From NCBI GenBank assembly GCA_010909165.1, contig VJWM01000134.1, forward strand, positions 434,001-498,000: DNA of 64,000 nt, in the 5' to 3' direction. Positions 9,602 through 22,807 of the stretch are shown here, one piece after another. The DNA comes from Anthoceros angustus. Lineage: Eukaryota; Plantae; Anthocerotophyta. The position numbers were made by a program, and so were the translations under genes. How positions within the stretch are numbered: the stretch's first letter is position 1; every line of letters starts with the position of its first letter. Under the pieces are notes generated by a model, which ran no database searches, was not told where the DNA came from, and saw only the letters and a program-made list of their open reading frames with translations.

Positions 9602-12139
9602 ATGGCCAGACAGGGCAGGTTTGTTTCCAGGGACATGTTATGTTGCCTGAAGGGATGTGGGTTGAAGGGAGATGTGGCTGTTGGCAGATGGACGGGGATG
9701 CAGGGGGCACGACAGTTGTTTGAGAAATTACCATCAGCATTTGTGAGAGCAGGAGATAGTGAGCATGGTGAAGTGGAGCAGGCTAAGCATCTGTACTATG
9801 AGATGAACAATTCGAGCAGCCTGTTTGTGGCTGCCCTGAAGGCCTGTGGGAGTGCAGGGGATCTGGTGAAGGGGAGGTCTGTGCACGCTGATGTGGCTAG
9901 GGCTGGTCTTCAGTCGAATGTGATGGTCGGGAGCGCACTGGTGGACATGTATGTCAAGTGTGGGAGGCTGGCAGACGCTTGCAGAGTGTTCGGTGGACTG
10001 GAGAGGAAGAACGTGGTGACATGGAATGCCATGTTGGGAGGGTATGTTCGGCATGGGCTTGCTCAGTCAGCTCTTGATCTTTACGCGAGCATGCTAAGGG
10101 ATGGTAGCACGCTAGCTAACAGTGTTACGTTCGTCTTCCTCCTTAAGGCTTGTGGCAGTGTAGGAGCCCTGTTAGAAGGCATCCGGTTTCACGCGCAGAT
10201 CGTGGAACAGGGGCTTGAAGCAAATGCGTTTGTGGGTAGCGCTTTGGTGGTCATGTATCTGAGATGTGGGAGCCTGGAGGATGCTCGAAAGGTGTTTGAC
10301 AGACTGCTGATGCGAGATGCTGCTACATGGAATGCGATGATGGGCGGGTATACTCAGCATGGGCTTGGGCACGAGGCCCTCAAGCTGTATGGCAAGATGC
10401 AGGAGGATGGTACTATGTTGGCAGGACAGACATTTGTGATGGCTCTCAAAGCGTGTAGCAGCATAGGAGCTGTCTCAGCAGGGAAACAACTTCATGCTCA
10501 GATCCTGGAAAGAGGACTTGAGGCGGACGTTTTTGTGGGGAGCTCCCTGGTGGATATGTATGTGAAATGTGGGAGTGTAAGTGATGCGTTCATTGTCTTT
10601 CGGAGGTTGTCGGATAGAGATGTTGTGGTATGGAATACAGTGATTGCAGGGTGTGTGCTTCAAGGCCTTTGTCGTGAGGCTCTTACATTGTATGTGAGCA
10701 TGCAGAAAGAGGGTTGGACACCGAATGAAGCCACGTTTGTCAGTGCTCTCAAAGCTTGTGGCAGCACTGGGTTCTTGCAAGAAGGGAAACAGATCCATGC
10801 GGAGATGCTGCAAAGGGGACTCGAAGTGACTGGGTGTGCAGGCAACACTCTTGTAGACCTGTACGCGAAATGTGGGAGCCTGGAGGATGCTCGCAAAGTG
10901 TTTGACAGATTATCGGGTTCGGATGCTGTGACATGGAATGCCATGATCTCGGGATATGCCCAGCATGGCCTTGGGCAGGAAGCTCTTGACCTTTACGCAG
11001 CCATGAAAGAGAGAGGCTTCACGCCGGATGAAGCAACGCTTGTTTGCATTCTGAAAGCATGTGGAAGTGTAGGAGCGCTACAGGAGGGTAAGCGCATTCA
11101 TGCTCACGTGCTCGAAAGGGGCCTCCAAGCATTCGTCTCTGTCGGGAACACGCTCGTGGACATGTATGCCAAATGTGGAAGCCTGGTGGATGCCAGGACT
11201 GTGTTTGAGGCGTTGCCTAAGAGGAATGTGGTCACATGGAATGCACTGATCAACGGATACGGCCAGCACAACGACTGCACAGCAGCTATCCAATGCTTCC
11301 ATCAAATGCAGCAACAGAGAATCGAGCCTGATGCAGCCACATTCACAGCTCTCCTTTCCGCATGCAGTCATGTGGCTTCGGTGGATGATGGTCAGCTCTA
11401 CTTCAACATGCTGGTGGAGAACTACGCCATCACACCCACAATAGAACACCAGACCTGCATGGTTGATCTCCTCGGCAGGTCCGGCCGTCTGGCTGAAGCA
11501 GAGGCCATGTTGCAGGCAATACCACTCAAGCACAGCGCCGCTGGTTGGAGGTCTCTGCTAAGATCCTGTGGAAGCCACAGTGACATCGTCCGAGCAAGGG
11601 CATGTTTCGACTGTCTTGTGGACCTGGAACCTCAGCAAGCTGCCGGGTATGCACTCATGTCTAGCATCTACACGGATGCCGGCATGTTCCAACATGCCCA
11701 CGAAATAGAGTTGCTGAGAACATGTGCAGGTGCTCGGAAGAAGCCAGCCAAAGCTCTTATCGAAGTGAACAACAAGGTCCACGAGTTCACTGTAGGGGAA
11801 CGAAGGAACGACCTGTTTTCCAAACTGAGAGGCCTGGAAGTGGAATCTACTGATGCATCCCGTGACCCCCGCACTGCCGAAGTGCTGAATTCACCAGCCT
11901 ACAGGGAAGTGGGAGATGCACTGTGCGGTCATGCTGAGAAATTGGCTCTGGCTTTCGGCCTCCTCAACACTCCCGAAGGCACCTCTCTGCTGGTCGTGAA
12001 AAACCTAAGGATGTGTGACCATTGCCACAGCGGAACCAAGATCATCTCCAAGCTTGAACAGAGAGAGATCATAGTTAGAGACGCCCACCGTACGCATCAT
12101 TTTCACGATGGCATGTGCTCATGTGGAGACAATCATTGA
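9602..12139 (+). CDS. PLS-class PPR protein with E domain and DYW:KP-type deaminase domain (organellar RNA editing factor), intronless
   Basis: Repeating P-L-S motifs (ALVDMYVKCG, VVTWNAMLGGY, TFVFLLKACG); KKPAKALIEV (11738-11767); HAEKLALAFG; KNLRMCDHCH; C-terminus CSCGDNH. First in-frame ATG at 9602. Confidence 0.97.
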   Translation: MARQGRFVSRDMLCCLKGCGLKGDVAVGRWTGMQGARQLFEKLPSAFVRAGDSEHGEVEQAKHLYYEMNNSSSLFVAALKACGSAGDLVKGRSVHADVARAGLQSNVMVGSALVDMYVKCGRLADACRVFGGLERKNVVTWNAMLGGYVRHGLAQSALDLYASMLRDGSTLANSVTFVFLLKACGSVGALLEGIRFHAQIVEQGLEANAFVGSALVVMYLRCGSLEDARKVFDRLLMRDAATWNAMMGGYTQHGLGHEALKLYGKMQEDGTMLAGQTFVMALKACSSIGAVSAGKQLHAQILERGLEADVFVGSSLVDMYVKCGSVSDAFIVFRRLSDRDVVVWNTVIAGCVLQGLCREALTLYVSMQKEGWTPNEATFVSALKACGSTGFLQEGKQIHAEMLQRGLEVTGCAGNTLVDLYAKCGSLEDARKVFDRLSGSDAVTWNAMISGYAQHGLGQEALDLYAAMKERGFTPDEATLVCILKACGSVGALQEGKRIHAHVLERGLQAFVSVGNTLVDMYAKCGSLVDARTVFEALPKRNVVTWNALINGYGQHNDCTAAIQCFHQMQQQRIEPDAATFTALLSACSHVASVDDGQLYFNMLVENYAITPTIEHQTCMVDLLGRSGRLAEAEAMLQAIPLKHSAAGWRSLLRSCGSHSDIVRARACFDCLVDLEPQQAAGYALMSSIYTDAGMFQHAHEIELLRTCAGARKKPAKALIEVNNKVHEFTVGERRNDLFSKLRGLEVESTDASRDPRTAEVLNSPAYREVGDALCGHAEKLALAFGLLNTPEGTSLLVVKNLRMCDHCHSGTKIISKLEQREIIVRDAHRTHHFHDGMCSCGDNH

Positions 12140-12710
12140 GGAAGGAAGCAGGATTTACTGCTGCAGTGTTGAATCCATGCATACTTGCATGCGGCTAGCG
12201 TCGGACGGGAAGGGCACGAAGGAGGGAAGGTGTCTGGAAGGTGCAGCCGCTCCCAAGGTCTGTATGTATGTACATCCATGTGTATGTACAGAGAAAGAGA
12301 TACGTACATACATATGTACATAGATCGTAGTCAGAGATGGCAAGCGTGTGCATCATTTTCACGAGACGTGAATCACGACGGCCTGTGCGCATGTCAGGAT
12401 GATGACACAGGAACAGCCCGTATATGTGTAAAGTGGTATTTGCGTTGTTGTGATGGTGGGTGTAAAAACGCCTTGAACTGGTTTTTGAATCGTGTTAGGG
12501 CGAGGAGAGTCAAGTCGAGAGTGAACGATTCCACCAACTGCGTCGTGAATTGATGATGTCCGGAAAGGACAGACCTGGCTTGCGCTGTCGAGGCAGATGA
12601 TCAGAACAACAGGACGGGACCACGAGGAACGGCCTGCCCCGGTTGATCACTCCTGAACATGTACAAGAACATTCAGCTGGATCTGTCCTCAGGATATCGG
12701 CGCGGTGACC

Positions 12711-15700
12711 ATGAGTGACATCGAATTTGTGAAGGAAGAGCTCGATAGCATAGATGACGCATGGAAGCAGGCTCGCTTCGATTCGCTGCCGCATGTGGTG
12801 AAAATTCTGACGTGCCAAGATCCTGACGAGGCGCTGCAGCATTTGCGGGACCAGCGGGATGAGATCGAGGAGCTTGTGGACGAGGTCGTCAGGGGATACC
12901 ACAATGGGTTCAATAGGGCCATTCACAACTACTCGCAGGTGTGTAAGGCTTCCTCCGTTTGTGCTGGATCTGTGGCGCCAGGTGGTGCACGAACACTTAA
13001 TGGACGCTTGCTTTCTCTTGGACTCCCCAGATTTTGCGGCTGTTTAGTGAATCCGCAGCAAGCATCAGCGGGCTGAAAGGGAACCTTGGGGAAGCCAAAA
13101 ATCTCCTTGGCACGCGCCACAAGCAGCTTCAGCAGCTGTGGTATCGATCTGTTACTTTGCGGCATGTCATCGCACTCCTTGATCAAATTGACAATGTCTC
13201 TAAGGTGAAGCTCGGCCATCTTCGTTTTCAAGACATGCAGGACATGCGCCTCCTTCAAACGGCTCCTTATCCGCCTCTGCAACGTAGTCTCCAGCCATGA
13301 CTGCTGGTTCTTTTGCGATATGGGCTGTTGTCAGTTTTCACCACCTGTGTTCTTCTCGCAGGTCCCTGCAAGAATCGACAAGTTGATAGCAGAACGGCGA
13401 TATTATGCTGCTGTGCAGCTCCACGTTCAGTCAATTAGTATGCTTGAAAGAGAAGGCATCCAAACGGTATGACCATGTTTGATGAACTCAATAATCCCTG
13501 ACAAGACGTTTGGGTGTCCTTCCCAAGTTGTCGGCTTTGCTCCGTGTCTAATATAAATAACTTAAGGGAATTCACTTGGAGCCTCATTTGAAATCTGCTA
13601 ACTCATGTCTGTGGAATATATCATGTCCGAATTACTGAAGCTGAGTCTGGATTTGGCACACTACCTGGTTTGTCCAGGAGGTGGGACAGGTACCTTGTTC
13701 ACCAACTTAAGCTGTACCTGTTGGTATACTCTTGACAGCGTTAAACTTCATGTGGGATCAGCAAAGCTGTGTGCGGGTCAAAGAAGTCTGTGCCATAATC
13801 TGTTGTATGCACAGTCTATCCTTTTTCGTACCTTGCAGTGTGTAGCTTCTTTCCTCTTTCCTTCCTCCTCGTCTCACGTCCAGAATTGTATTCTGAGCAG
13901 TAGGAGATTTGGAGAATCTTTGGCTGTGGTCTTCCACTTGGCGACCTCTTGAATGTCGTTGTTTTGTACACTAAAATGCTTTCTAGAAGGCACATAATAA
14001 CCAAGCCTTCTGCATCAGTAACACAAAGAACATTTACTTTGGGAACTGGTCAGACATTGCCATGATCCAGTCTGTGTGGTCCTCAGATGTCTTAAGGTTC
14101 TGGGGTTCCTTGTTTTTCTGGTTCCAATCACTAGTCGTCCTGACTGTCTTGTTTGTCAAATGTATTTTTTGCGCACTGCAGGTTGGCGCATTGCAGGATG
14201 TCCGAGCAGACCTCTCCAAACTGAAAGGAGTTTTATTTTTCAAATTGATTGAGGATCTTCATCTTCATCTTTACAACAAAGGCGAGTACAGGTAGTACGG
14301 GGTTGTAACTTCTCACCAGGGGAAATCAGTATTTTTGTTTTCACCACTAGTAGAACCCTTTGCTGGTGGGACTATGTAGATTGCTTACTTCACAGGTTGG
14401 TATTCTATAGTAGGGAAACAGTGCTTGAATTCTGTTCTCAGCAAACTATTCTTCTGTTTGTACCTGCTAGTCTGAGAAGTTTCTTCCTATGTGCAGTGAA
14501 AATTTGGCTGATATGCATGACAAAGATGATGACCTATCCAATCTAGTTGTTGCTCTTCCCCCAACACAACCAGTGTCGAGACGGACTAGGACAATGCGCC
14601 GGCACGACTCTCAAATTTCTGGCTCTGAAAGGGCATCAGATGCTCGTGGTTCTGTTGATGGGTGAGCACCAGTGTTCTGAGCTCTCAACCCCATGGTTCT
14701 TGTGACTGTTGTAGAGTCACTGGGTTTTGTTTTGACCAAACTTTTGGGTGCAGCTCGTCAGTGGATGGTAGAGATGATGAGAAGTCACAGAATGGGGACC
14801 TTGCGGATGGACCCTCGTCAGAAACTGTTTTATCTCGGCCTTTATCAAATGGCTCTACTGAGGATGCTGCAAGCAAGGACGCCAAAAAGAATGCTAAAGT
14901 GTTACCTGTTTGGCTAGCTGAGGCGAATCCAAATGAATTTACTGTATGTGCTCACCATTGCTGGCAATGTTTGATTATTGAGGTGTTTTTGTAGCTTCAT
15001 AATTGTGTCCCTCTATTGCCTATGCAGGATGTAATGACGAAAAGCGAAGCAACTAGGAATGTCAAGTACCTCCAAACTCTGGTGGAGTGCCTCGCATTGC
15101 TGGGGAAGGTTGCTGCTGCTGGTGCAATAGTAAGGTACTACATTTGCTCTTTGCTAGAGTCAGGGGGCAATTTTTATGTTTTTGGTTCATCTGTTGATGA
15201 CCTTCCATGCAAGAAACAGGTTGAGTTCTTTTCTTGTAATTGCTCTTGGGATAATGTTGTTGCAGTCAAAGGCTTAGACCCACTGTTCATGATCTTATAA
15301 TTACTGAGATCAAAGCCTGTGCGGCAGCACTTGAAGCTTCAAGGCCCCGTGTTGAGCAAGTTTCCAAAACCGCTGCAGCAGGCTCAGCTCTGCCCAGAGT
15401 CAATGGTGTCATCAAATACAAGAAGATACCTGTCCAGAAGCCATACAAGAACAAGAAGGCCAAAGGGGATATATTTATTCCAGACACCCCTGTCCTGGGC
15501 CCTGTTGCTCCGTCTATGGGACCAATGGGAATGGCCCAAATCTCGGCCCAAGAGCTCTTGGAGCACATTCTAGCTGCGGTTACTCGTGTGTTAGGTAGGT
15601 ATCATCTCAGTAGGTGCTCCCCATATGTGAACTTCTGCATGAAATCAACTATGCAAGGGACAACTCTGTGACTCTGCAGCCTAGAATTCAAATTGTCTAG

Positions 15701-18700
15701 GAGTTGTTTTCATTGTTGCACAGCACTGATGATATATCATGACAAGCTCTGCAGAAAATCATGTTGTTGTTGGAGAGATGTTGGAAGCCAGGGCAAGTGT
15801 GTCAGATACTGGTGCATCTCCTTCGAAGAAACCAAATGGTGATGCACATTGGAGTGGAGATACGGATATTGCCCGTGCAACTGGTGGCTACAGCTTGGGC
15901 TTTGCATTGACTGTGGTGCAGGTGAGGGATTGGTCTGATGCTCTGTATCACTGGCGTTAGGCATACTGCTTACAGGTATGTTCCAATTTGACCTTTGTAT
16001 GCAGAGTGAATGCCAGCAGCTTATCTGTGATATCCTCCGAGCAACACCAGACGCTGCCTCAGCAGATGCTGCCGTTCAGACAGCCCGCCTAGCAAGCAAA
16101 ATGCCTCCTGATAATTCAAGGTGAGAATCTTGTTGGCTCATTGGGAGGTACAGCTCTCTTCGTTTCTTTGTGCCACCGCCAATCTCAGTCCTCAATTGTC
16201 CTATTTGTGATCACGTGGTAGCTTTTCTAATTTGTTTCAATTGTAACTGTAGCAATGGTGCTGTTGAGGAGGGATTGTCATTCGCTTTCCGCTTTACAGA
16301 CACAGTTCTTTCGTCTCCTGGTAAACTTCTCTGTTTCTTCATTTCTCTAGTGTAAATATTCTTCACGTATACTTCAGAGCTTCTGATTTTGTTTTCGTCT
16401 GACAGGAGGAGGTGATAGCTTGAGTAGGGCTCTTGGCGGAGACGGTTTACGGCATGGACGGAACAGACGAAGTACCTCTGGAGGTCAGGAGGGTTATGGA
16501 ACAGCTAGTATATTGTCAGAGAGGGGGATTTATCTCACCTCCGCTGTGTATCGGCCAGTTCTTCAGGTTTGTCAATGCACCCATGGTTTGCAGGACTCGC
16601 AATAGCATTGTCGGCTAACTAGCTTTTACAAGCAGTAGTGAAATACCAGGTGTTTCCTGGTAAATTAAAATCACCTTTTTTCATAGCTCTCAGAATCAGG
16701 AATTTCTGTCTTGTCAACGTGCAGTTTACAGATAAGGTATCGAGTTTGCTTCCGAAGAAGTACTCGCAATTAGGGTACATATCTCTTCAACTGGATGTTT
16801 CATTAAGGGAGCAAGTTTACTATTGCATGATCCTAGGAATGCCTTTTATGCTGACTCTTTCAAAAAACCAGACTGGGTGGTCATGGTGTGTCTCTCATTT
16901 CTTTGTTGGTTCAAGCAGGAAGGATGGTCTTCAAAGTTTCATTGAGAATTTCATCAAAGATCAGTTTCTGCCTATAGTGCGGGTTGATTACCGTACACGA
17001 GTGGCAGATGCCCTAGCAAGTAATGCATTGAATAGAAGTTTTGTAGGGACTTGTAGGGTGTACTTGTCAACTCCTCACTATTCAGCACACTGTTTGCAAA
17101 GTTAAGCTCCTGGCATGCCACTTGTGCAGGCCCTGCTGCATTTCGGCCAAGATCACGTGCAGGTGCATCATACAGATCCTCTGTTGAGAAAGGGAGACCT
17201 GTGCTGCAGGGCCCTCTGGCTGCAAATCAACTTGTTACTGAAGTAAGTGCTCTTGGGCCTCCCTGCCAATTGGAGATTTTGCCCTTGTAGGCGAACATGG
17301 TGGATTTTAGTTGCCATAGGCGGTTTCACAGGATGGACTTGTGCTCTGTAGAGTGGTTGTGTGTATAACCCTGTCGGGTGATGCTGATGCTGTGCAGGTC
17401 CTGGGATGGGCACAGTCGATGCCTGTATATGCTGGAGAATTTCTGGAATTGGTGCATGCCCTGTTAGAGCGAACTTTAGAGCGCTGCCGTGCAGTATATA
17501 CAGAGGTAGTTTCTGGCTTCAGTATTGTAATCTGGGTATCTGTTGTTCAGCCTTATGTCTGACTTTGTCTCAAACATTTAAAATTCAGGCAGTACTGGGA
17601 AGTTTAAGCTCTAGCGCCATTGGCAAGACAGAGATAGCTAATCTCATGAAGCAAGAGTCTGCCCATTCTTTGCTTGAGGCCGCTTTCTATAGTGAAGTTG
17701 GCCAAAAGCTCTCTTCAGATATTCAGTTAGATGCGGAGAGCATGGAAGTGGAGATGGAGCTGAACAATCTCCTTCTCAGCTTACGGCCAATCAAACAGGT
17801 ACATTTTGCTTTGGTACAGCGGTGTGAGGTTTGCATCGACAGGGTATATCTATGCTCTGATGTAGGTACATGCATCAAACAGGTGTACATTTTCTTTGGT
17901 GTAGCCTTGTGAGATTTCATCATTTGTCTGGAGCTGTGCCTCCATGTAGCCAAGTGTCATGTTCCCTGGGTTTCATTTGTGGAAGATGGTCAACCATACT
18001 TGAAAGAGTGATTCTGTGCTTTCTGCGTGGCTGGATACAGGAGCAGCTCATCACTGATGACCACAAGTTCAACCTACTTGCCAGTCTGAGCGATTCCTTG
18101 GACTACCTCTCGGAGTCTATGCTACAGTATGTGCTTATGGGCATTTCACGCCTGTGTGGTTTTGGTCTTGGTATGGGATTTTAAGAACCTATAACACATG
18201 CTTGTTTTCAACTCATGACAGGTTGGGGCAGAAAACAACATCTGCATCTCAAGCTGCAAGGCGAAAGCGTGACTCGCAGCACCAGGTACATCACCATAGA
18301 CGCACCAGTAGCACACTCACCGCAGGGTTGGGGGTGCTTGCCGAGAAGTATCGTGCTTTGTCGTCAGAGTGTTTGCGGACTCTTCGGATGGAGATGCAGC
18401 TAGAGGCCATATACCATCTTCAGGTTCAGACATGTTCCATTCAGTGGTTTTCCTTGGGGTTCCAGTTGCAAGCGTGAGTGTAATGGTGAATAATCATCCT
18501 AGTGGCATGTTGTCTCATCCTAGTGGCATGTGCTCAGAAGTTCACAGACTGCTACAAAGTGTTCACATGACCTTGTCCTGATCATCCTGTTTGATGGAAT
18601 TTAGAGCATGATCGGAAGGGGCTACACAACTGATCAGGATGCTGAAGAGCCTGAAGACTTTATTGTCCAACTTACTTCACTGGTAGGATCCTTGAATGTC

Positions 18701-19543
18701 CTGGTATATATGTTGCTGGGACCGTTTATGTAACCGTGTTTTTATTGACCGATCAAAGACGGTAAGTAATGAATGTCTTTCATGCAGATTTCACGAAGGG
18801 ATGAGGAACTTGCAGCATGTGTGCCCCCTCTGAAGCGTAGCTATGTCTTTGGTGGTGTCTGCAGTATTGCAGCAATGGCATTCATCAAGGTATCAGGAGA
18901 GAGGCTTGCTACATCTGCATATTTGCGCAAACAGATCAACCAAATTTGTATGTGTGTGGCAGGTCTTGAATGATCTTAGTTCTGTGAACATGCTGGGTAT
19001 CAGGCAAATCTGCCGGAATTGCATTGCACTTCAGCAGGTGGGTTAACTCTTAATGGTGCCATTGTTGACAATTGCGGCCTGTTTTCTTAAGTCTGGCGGG
19101 TTCTGAACCCATGTGCAGGCCCTTGCAGCACTAGCGTCAAGTAGTGGCAACATCGTTCAGCAGTCATTGGATCGTGTTCGAACGTATTATGAGCTTTTGA
19201 ACCTCCCTTTTGAGGTAACATACTGAGCTGCTTCAAGATTTGTACCTGTTTCTCTCAGAAATTCTCACTCATTTGCACCATTGTATCTTCTGATTTAAAC
19301 GTATCTTCTTACGCAGGCTTTAATTGCTTTTGTCACTGAGCATGATAAATTGTTCACATTCCCAGAGTGAGTCTTTCTGCCTTCCAGTTGATGGGTTGCA
19401 ATCATGGGGTACTGTCTGAAAGCTGAGCTTCTATTGTCTGAATGAACAGGTACTCCAGCCTCCTGAAAGTAAATGTTCCGGGGAGGGAGATACCTGCTGA
19501 TGCTATCCAGCGAATTGGCAAAATTTTGGCTCCTGGGTTGTAG
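12711..19543 (+). CDS. SEC8: Exocyst complex component SEC8 (EXOC4), multi-exon
   Basis: Exons encode ARFDSLPHVVKILT, YHNGFNRAIHNYSQ, LWYRSVTLRHVIALLDQI, VGALQDVRADLSKLKG and last exon YSSLLKVNVPGREIPADA..GL*, matching plant SEC8. GT-AG introns visible. Exact start uncertain. Confidence 0.96.
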
Positions 19544-19946
19544 TTTTTCCTGGATATCTGTTTTGGGACGATGTATATTGATTTAGGACGTCACACCATT
19601 CATGTGTGATATAAAATTCTTTTGGTGTGTTCTCGCCTTTTTGTTTTAGCATGAATGAAGATGTGGTGTCAATTGCCCTTTCCAATGTTCATTGTCATAC
19701 CATTTTGCTACTTAGAACGGACGCCAACTCGTGGTACGGGCAGGGGCCCCTCAGCAGCGCGGCTCCAAGGGAACTTGGCGGATGGCTACTGTGCATGTGG
19801 CAGATCAAAGGCATCCACGATCCTCGCTCGTTCTCACAGGGGTCTTTCTGCGTCAATGATTTTGTCGATCAATACTGCATCATGTGAGTCTCCCATGCTT
19901 AAAACAAACTGCAGGTGTCCTTCATGCCACATGTTCAAGTGTACAA

Positions 19947-21518
19947 TCAGGTGCCCACTAAAATCAACGAGTGATCGAAGCCAGAGGCGGCCTGGAGCAC
20001 GACCGTATTTTCTAGTTCTTCCAGAGGCGATGGAAATTGCTGATCGTGATTGCTTCCTAGTCCCAGTCTTCCATTTCTGCCACTTCCCCATGCCCACAAT
20101 CGGCCCTGTGCCGTCACAGCCAGTGAGTGAACTCGCCCTCCCGACATTGACACAACCTCCTCATGCGACAGCTCTTCAATCACACCAGGCACGGTGAAAT
20201 CTTCAGAACTATTGTCCCTGCGTCCAAGCTGGTGACCCAGATTCCAACCCCAGGAAAAAGGCATGCCTGACTTTGCAGAAGTTTCTCCTTTGTCGAATCT
20301 CTTGCCTGGCTTGAATAATGAGGATACCACTGCCAAGGAATGCCCCAGCCCAGCCCCGATTGATAGCACAGGTCGGCCTGAGAAAGCTACTGCCAAGGAC
20401 TTAATCATAACATTGGAAGCTGACCCAAGCTGATTCAGCGTGTTGTCTCCGAACGAGAACAGCTCTCCACCTTCTGAAGAAAGGAAGCAAGCAAGTTAGC
20501 AAACACTCTGTAAGAAGGTTGAGAGCCGTATATGGCATGCACCATACCTGCGAGGACAAGGGAGTGGTCCAGGCCGGCAGCAACTTGAGCTATTCTGAAT
20601 TGTGAAAGCTCCTGAACTGAACAGGGCTCCCAGGCTAGAACGGCAAGGCGCTCCTTTTCCTTCTCCTCGTCCACTTCATGCTCAGCTTCCTGCTGGTTCT
20701 GGCTGGAGCTGAAGCTGCTAGGAGGGATGCCCAACCGTCCGTCTGCAGCATATCCCCAGGAGAAGAGCTCTCCTTCAGTTGTGCACGCTAGGGCATGTCC
20801 CCACCCCAGGGCTACCTGCCACACGAGGGACTGAGCAATGCTGCAATTTGGGAGCAGGCTAAAGTTTAGATGCAGAGAGGTGTAGATGTACCTAACCACC
20901 TGCACAACATGCCGTCCCTTGAAGGCTTCAATCTGTGTGGGGAGGAGAGCCTCTACGACCCCCATGCCAAGCCCCAGCTGTCCTCGTTTGGACCTGCCCC
21001 AAGCCCACACAGATCCATCTTCTGCCACAGCCATGGACACAACTCCGGAGCCTGCCACCTGCTTCACGCGGATTTTCTCCAGCCCCGTCACTTTGGCAGG
21101 AGCACTCCAATCTCCCCTGACATCAGACCACAAAACACTTGAGATCCAGGGGCCGGGAACAGACAAACCCACAAAATTTCCCAGCGAGCAACCTGGATAG
21201 ATCGGACTGAACGTAGCCACGACCCAGCTGGCCTTCGGAGTTTCTTCCCCAGGCCCAAACTTCTCCACCATCCGTGACTGCAATGGAATGGTAATGCCCA
21301 CACGCAACTGCCACCAGAGCGCCTGGCAGGCCTGCAACTTCCTGGGGCTCATAAACATCTTCAGCAAGCACACCTCTGCCATGGCCGAGAGCACCGCTGC
21401 TGCCAGCTCCGAAGCTGAGGACCCTTGTTTCAGACGAACCAGCTGTGCTCAAGTGGCTGACATGCGTGAACCGCTGCAAGTAGCGCAGAAAGGAGATGCT
21501 GCGGACACTTGTTCTCAT
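19947..21518 (-). CDS. RCC1/UVR8-like repeat protein, RUG1/RUG2-like, with probable organellar targeting peptide; 4 exons
   Basis: RCC1 repeats VACGHYHSIAVT..VWAWGRNSEGQLG, VWAWGRSKRGQLGLG, VALGWGHALA, GGRVHSLAVT..WAWGSGRNGRLG. N-terminus MRTSVRSISFLRYLQRF is rich in Arg/Ser. Confidence 0.92.
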
Positions 21519-21673
21519 ACTGGAAAACAGGTGCGAACATAGAAAACACTGCAGGCGTGGAAGGTGCATGTATGTAATAAAGATGTACATAGGTACTTCG
21601 GGGAGTGGAATTACAGCATGATTGATCAGTTCAAGGGGTCTAGCAATTAGCAAATAGGCAAGCGCGTGCGCTT

Positions 21674-22807
21674 TCAAAGCCAGGACAGCCCATGCTTGTC
21701 ATCGTCCAAGAGCAAATCCCACTTTTCAGACACGGGGGGCTCGGGAGGAACGCTGTAGATCAAGCGACGGCCGTGTAAGTATCCACAATACTCCACACCA
21801 TACACGTAGACCCCGCCAATCTCCATAGCTGCAGCAGCCATGGCATCACCTAACGAGAAAAATTAAGGACAGTCAGTAGACGTTCAGTGCATGCAATGAT
21901 GCGGGCATATCCCGGAATTCACAAACTCACAAAAACACTCACCGTGTGTTACACACAAAATATTCTCGGAAGGGAAACAATTAGCAGCATGGTTTATGGC
22001 TTTAATGAATCTTGCATGGGCATCCTCTGTGCTCTCTTCCATGGGGGTGAGCTGCCAAAGTTTTCACGATGTGAGCCTCAGCTGAACTGCATACCAGCAC
22101 CGTCATAAACTTGCCTCCAAGCTAAAATGGACAGATCCTGACCTTCCTGAGAAACGGATCGAAGGAGTAATCTCTCATCTGGGCCGGAAAAAAATCGAGC
22201 AACACAGACATGTCCAAAGCGGACACAGGAAACTTGGGACAGACTCGAAGGATTCTTGAGTTCATGACTTCTCCAATCCCACACTCGATGCACACCTGCA
22301 CACATCAAAACCAATGTCCCCCGGGCCAAGTCAGCAGGCTGCAGACAAGCACACCTAGCTCCAGACACTCACGAGATGCAGAAAAAAAAACTTGGCAGCA
22401 ACTTGACAACGCACCTTGATCTCGGATGAACATGAGTTGCCCTCGCCAGCGTCGTCCGAACAAAGAGCTTTCACAACCTCAGCAGCAGTCTGGACGCAGC
22501 GTAGAAAGGGAGAGCAAACGATTCGCGTGACATTCCACTGCTCCCGCTTCATGGTTAAGCCAAATCCCATGGCCCGATTCCTGCCGCTGTCCGAGAGAGG
22601 CGGATCATACGGCCTCTCCGCTGTCTCATGCCATGACGTATTCTTTGTGTCCAATCTATCCCCGTGCCGCATCACAAAGCAGTTCTGCAAGAATGGCTGG
22701 TTTCCCCCCAAATCCGAGCTGGCGTCCCCTGCATTTTCAAGGCTCTTTGCCATGTCTGGCTTTTCAATCAGGGTCTCATCCCGGCGTAAAAATTCGAAGA
22801 GGGACAT
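21674..22807 (-). CDS. Histidine phosphatase / phosphoglycerate-mutase-family protein, multi-exon
   Basis: FVMRHGDRLD catalytic motif, DPPLS, CSPFLRCVQTA; later exons VCIECGIGEVMN, NILCVTHG and GD..GVYVYGVEYCG..WL*. The N-terminus may extend further upstream. Confidence 0.9.
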
